Origin: Leptogorgia sarmentosa
Lineage: Eukaryota
Assembly (NCBI GenBank): GCA_964658305.1
Contig: OZ210885.1
Span: forward strand, 10,850,001-10,914,000
Length of the DNA: 64,000 nt
Direction of reading: 5' to 3'
Under the pieces are notes generated by a model. The model saw only the letters and a program-made list of their open reading frames with translations, had not been told where the DNA came from and made no database searches. Positions within the stretch are counted from its first letter, which is position 1, and each line of letters begins with the position of its first letter. Of this stretch, positions 61,501-64,000 are shown piece by piece. Both the position numbers and the translations under genes were made by a program.

Positions 61501-64000
61501 GCATGCCTAATGGAGTATTTATAAAGATAGGCATAACATTCATGAAGTAATACTTCGCGTTATATAGTGTGGTAACGACCCAAAACAATTCCCATTCATC
61601 TACATGCAAGCGTACTTGGGCAGTGCTGGTAGCCGTTTCGACGTATCGAGCAAAGGCCCTTAATCGTTAATTAGTAGTTGAGTCGGGGGAAAACACAAGG
61701 GTTTTTATATCAGTGAATATATGGAAACCAAGTAAAAACCAATCGGGTGGATTTGATACACCAGTTTTCGAAAGCCTTCGCCAGAAATGTGGAATCTTAT
61801 CGTATCGTGTAGGCAGTGAAACAAAATTTAGCAAAAAAAGAAAGTAATTACCTAACAGCTGTGGACCAATAGAATGCAAATTCTTCTCGATAACCTCGAA
61901 AGACCGCATCAACGACGACTTGAGCAGTTCGATTTCTTTGGAGTGAGGGTCCAGAAAACGAAAATCTGATATTAAGGAGGGGAGATTGAATTGATTCACC
62001 TTTTCATAAAGCCAGTTAAAATTGAAGAACAGTTTATGTAGTTCATCAAATTGTTCGGAGGAGTGGAGGTGATAGGTCAGGTACTTGAAATAATAATCCT
62101 TGTTGCCTTCAAATTTTCCCCAATCACCGTTCTCGGAATGACCACGAAGTGCCTTCACGAACAATCTTTGGACAGAACTTAGTTTGCCTCCTAGTTTTGC
62201 GCGTGCAAAACCCATAAGGAGATCGTGGAGACGGTAGTTCTTCTTTCCATGGATATCAGATCCTGAAAATTATCGTTATAAGGCGAATTTCAATTAAGTG
62301 CAAAATTTGGTTAGCGATCGCTTTCTTTTGAAATGCTTGCAATCACCCAAAGTTAATGAGAATCGTTGACTGTTTGTATTTCAAAATGAAGCGTTCGCTA
62401 AAAGTCGATCCCGCGCCATTTCGCACTGAATTAAATTCTGCCATTAGAGAACATAGTCACGTATGGTGATTCGAAACGTTTTAGTACATGACAGTAGAGC
62501 ATTCTGGGACTGCAGTCAGGCTATAGTACAAAAATTTTTTAGACTTAGCATACCCCAGGGCGATGGAAGTATTTTGCATTCAATTCGATTTGTTACTCAT
62601 CTAGGAATGTCAGTGGAAAACACTAAAAATATTGGGCAAATGAACGGGCAAATTTGGCTTGCCCACATATGAGTCAACATATGATTATAGCTGAAAATTA
62701 ATTTCCTTAAGCTTGTTTGACATTGGTTTGATTAAATGTTCAGCCTAACAACGTGTTGGCAGTAAATATACAGCTTTCGCAAAAGGAGCTGTAGTAAAAA
62801 AATATTTCACAAACTTCTCGTCATTTTCTTGAATTTCATTTGATTATGGTGCAGGAAGCACCAGACAAATTTAGCGATCACAAAATGTTTAAGAAGACAA
62901 CAAGCACAAAGATATCATCATAGTTGGAAACAGCGTGCTGAAAATAGTATGAAAGCAAAGTTTGAAGAATAAAGATTAAATAAAATAAAAATGGGGAAAT
63001 TGTGCCCATGCAAATTTGGCACAATTTACATACCATTTATAACGCAGAAGTGATTTAATTATCTTATTTACTGAGACCGAGGGAAACATTGTGTTTTGTG
63101 GCCCTGAGACTACCGTTGAATGGCGGTTGAGGGGCCACAAAACACAATGTTTCTCGAGGTTTAGCGTTTTGTTGTATAGTTTAGAGTCAAAATATGAATG
63201 AATTCACCGGTTTAATACTGGAGTTAACTTTGAAACCAAAAAAAACAGACATTGAATGGGACGCCTTACGCCGTACATGTTCGATAAATTTCAAAACATC
63301 GTACAATTGAATGAACTTGAACGCATGCGCATTGTGCCCATTTAATTGTTGCCCGGTCAATAATTTTTTGATTTTTGACCGGTTGGCGAACATGACGTTA
63401 TATGGACCGGCACGTGATACGGTTTTGTCCAATCAGCAAACAGGAAAATTGAACTTCGACACCAACTATATAACAATACCCATTATCGTCTGAAATGGAT
63501 ATAATTCTGTTCGCACTGATACAATGTACACACAATGAGCGAACTGTGTCTGGCAATGATATTCCCATTTTATGATATTTCTTCAGTTATAGTAATTTTT
63601 ACACGCTGTTTCCAACTGTAGCGATATATTTTTGTCTATTATTATGCACCCTGCCTTCATTTACCTTTTTGAATCATCGACTTCTTTTCAAGCTCATCAA
63701 GTATACCCCTTGCTTCACGATCTTTACAAGAAGTTCTCCCGGCTACTTTGGAAGACCAAAACAGCTCAAGAATGTCTGATGGTACATCCGTATCTTCTGG
63801 AAATAAAGCGAAATCTAGAAACTTTTCTCGTATTTCTTCGTCCAAATGTTGAAAGCTGGCGTTAATGGCTGTTAAGACGTTATCGTAAGGATAAGCGTTG
63901 GCAGGATATATTGACCGTAATTTTACGAAGTCTGCTGTTTTTAGGTCATTTAAAACGTCCTCCCAGTCTTGTTCATCGCGAGTGTCAGCTAAACTTGAAC
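49302..64000 (-). CDS. Gene B: partial NB-ARC/WD40 paralogue (5' end outside window, apparently 3'-truncated)
   Basis: Exons >64000-63665, 62262-61852, 58313-58068, 52181-51963, 49511-49302; same intron positions and phases as gene A, all open. No downstream WD40 exons were seen before gene A begins. Confidence 0.8.
51963..52181 (-). CDS. Gene B WD40 exon
   Basis: Paralogue of 19222-19440; 15 nt differences by hand count. Confidence 0.88.
52290..52493. mobile_element. Short HINE-like insertion specific to copy B
   Basis: ACTAGGGATCCAAGGATAGTGCAAA start shared with 22286; (CATGACTA)n tract; absent at the equivalent site near 19549. Confidence 0.65.
54167..55270 (+). CDS. Harbinger DDE transposase (HARBI1-like)
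   Basis: 367 aa; GFIDGT, YNGHK, RHDS, GDPAY, RVSVEW. Confidence 0.92.
   Translation: MKKQKQNFKNYDMPKLREAIAFAYACNVIDELEYALLYDANKPRNLDIPYFVYDEFNLNSMTDDECKTEFRFYRNDIFNLIDVLRIPPELTCNNGVKVDSVTATCIFLKRFAYPCRYADLIPRFARPEPQLCMIANTTMNFIYDTWHHLLTSFEQPWLDRANLQAFAEAIHLKGAALNNCWGFIDGTVRPISRPGKHQRVVYNGHKKVHSLKFQSIVAPNGLIANLYGPLEGKRHDSAMLALSQVLPQLRIHSFDTNDNVLCIYGDPAYPATQQIQSPYQGAMLTALQKEWNKSMSQVRVSVEWIFGDIVNYFKFLDFKKNLKIHLSAVGKMYITCALLHNARSILYGSTTSKFFGVDPPTLDEYFQ
55665..56432 (-). CDS. Harbinger accessory Myb/SANT-like and coiled-coil protein
   Basis: W...W..LA..L...RSLRDRY followed by an E/K/Q-rich coiled coil; convergent with the transposase. Confidence 0.75.
   Translation of the reverse strand: MFSTPPMKWSEANDFLKDMMLFQPWLHKKGSTERGDTWANLAIRLGKCDKLTFRVTQRSLRDRYLLLERRYKTKVREEEKSTGISPEHTELDQLMEEIVGLFEEAEEGEEKKKRKAEEEATQIQEMRKVSLESFKETRERNHTEKPKKKRTSGADAIAFIKEKVQLDGKQKETELELKKQEMDLKKEELEWERNVREKELELRKKEHEERVSQQESAFKLQEQSLQQMHNMNMAMLQQQQQQSHALLTLLQKFAK
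58068..58313 (-). CDS. Gene B first WD40 exon
   Basis: Paralogue of 24698-24943; 11 nt differences by hand count. Confidence 0.85.
59290..60480 (-). mobile_element. Helitron2/Helentron Rep remnant
   Basis: FAPGE, YSTICKWALRSKDRR, IKNAPEYG, HKHSKTCKK...CRFNFPLPPMPKTMILEP; frameshifted. Confidence 0.75.
61852..62262 (-). CDS. Gene B helical-domain exon
   Basis: YRLHDLL...YYFKYLTYH...GPQLLG; homologous to 27143-27565. Confidence 0.88.
63058..63487 (-). mobile_element. Crypton-like non-autonomous element with terminal hairpin
   Basis: Direct repeat ATTATC; hairpin about 63075-63161; CACGTGA and CCAATCAG near the other end. Confidence 0.45.
63665..64000 (-). CDS. Gene B NB-ARC winged-helix exon (partial)
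   Basis: LADTRDEQDWEDVLNDLK...YPYDNV...FALFPEDTDVPSDILELFW; homologous to 28008-28620. Confidence 0.88.

Overview
AT-rich animal genomic DNA with GT-AG introns; the gene and repeat content suggests a cnidarian (inference, not verified). The window holds two tandem minus-strand STAND/APAF1-like receptor genes in TE-dense introns. Gene A (36125 to below 1281) splices by hand into 14 phase-consistent exons giving 1505 open codons: N-terminal HEPN-like domain (RNPWAH), coiled coil, NB-ARC, helical region, then many WD40 repeats. No stop codon was found; the 3' end is probably outside the window. Gene B (above 64000 to 49302) has a strongly diverged NB-ARC region joined to a near-identical copy of A's first three WD40 exons and their introns, and appears to stop at a TTAA-bounded TE end. 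The A/B differences in those exons are mostly non-synonymous and fall largely at predicted propeller top-face positions. A decayed NACHT exon lies in an intron of A. TEs include Harbinger, Kolobok, a CR1/L2-like LINE, Penelope with hammerhead motifs, Helentron remnants and many MITEs. Several Crypton-like elements end in hairpins with 3-nt loops (often GAA) and repeated tandem G.A mismatches.
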